From a virus, in IMG/VR virus record IMGVR_UViG_3300004094_000049: a DNA stretch of 37,343 nt. One strand, given 5' to 3'. Below are positions 36,942 to 37,343 of the stretch, piece after piece. The translations under genes and the position numbers were made by a program. Under the pieces are notes generated by a model. That model was not told the DNA's origin and did no database searches. It saw only the letters and a list, made by a program, of their open reading frames with translations. Each line of letters starts with the position of its first letter. The first letter of the stretch is position 1.

Positions 36942-37343
36942 TTACGAAAATTGAATTTTTTCGATTAATTCAGTTAACTTAATTTCTAATGTTTTTGAAA
37001 TCCAACCAGAACGCCATGCTTCATGCTCTCGGTGTTTATCCGAGACATTTCTGTATGGGTTTGCTTGAATTGCCATACCACTTGATGCGACAGACTGGCC
37101 TTCCAAGTATGGGCTTACCAATTCAGATGCTTCTGGGACTTCAAAGTTAGCTGCGACATTGGATACTGTTTCTTTTATAGATAGGGACTTAAAGCCAGAA
37201 AGCCAAGCATTTTCAAGTTCCCCAAATTTGAGTCCATAATTTCGGAATGGATTCTGACTGATGTTGCCACCAGATTTGAAAACTTTCACGCCATTTTCAA
37301 AAGCATCAGAGATTGTAGTTTCGTTATTGATAATTATTGACAT
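36942..37343 (-). CDS. Protein with two tandem Rmf/CrpP-like repeats (ATG sits at the window edge; may extend further)
   Basis: AFENG..SGGNISQNPFRN..NAWLSGF and PYLEG..SGMAIQANPYRN..EAWRSGW. Confidence 0.6.
   Translation of the reverse strand: MSIIINNETTISDAFENGVKVFKSGGNISQNPFRNYGLKFGELENAWLSGFKSLSIKETVSNVAANFEVPEASELVSPYLEGQSVASSGMAIQANPYRNVSDKHREHEAWRSGWISKTLEIKLTELIEKIQFS

Noticed and set aside
1-37343. Prophage, IS, integron, tRNA or rRNA
   Set aside because: No structural phage genes, transposase, integrase, attC-like array or RNA-gene signature recognised.

Overview
AT-rich, gene-dense segment of gammaproteobacterial character (sigma70-type promoters, intrinsic terminators, A-rich translation starts). 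It most likely comes from a very large plasmid, chromid or similar mobile replicon rather than a core chromosome. Diverged copies of housekeeping genes (mfd, secA, clpP, rarA, pilD, yggX, an RNase HI, a Tus-like protein, a CyaB-like cyclase) sit out of their usual chromosomal context among orphans, a PIF1-like helicase, a sirtuin and a phage-type DUF1064 nuclease. Highlights: (1) a self-contained four-gene operon of unknown function (long coiled-coil protein, hypothetical, classical-clade AAA ATPase with a DD Walker B, DUF6638-like protein); (2) six + strand promoters embedded in inverted repeats, one of them a ~155-nt Frpo-like fold upstream of mfd; (3) a tandem trio of membrane-anchored zincin paralogs, one catalytically dead; (4) an apparently split version of the phosphorothioation-associated methyltransferase; (5) a LysM/hydrophobic-hairpin protein and others with plasmid-style C-terminal tails. 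I found no rRNA, tRNA, CRISPR array or IS element. All family calls come from recognising motifs by eye, not from database searches.
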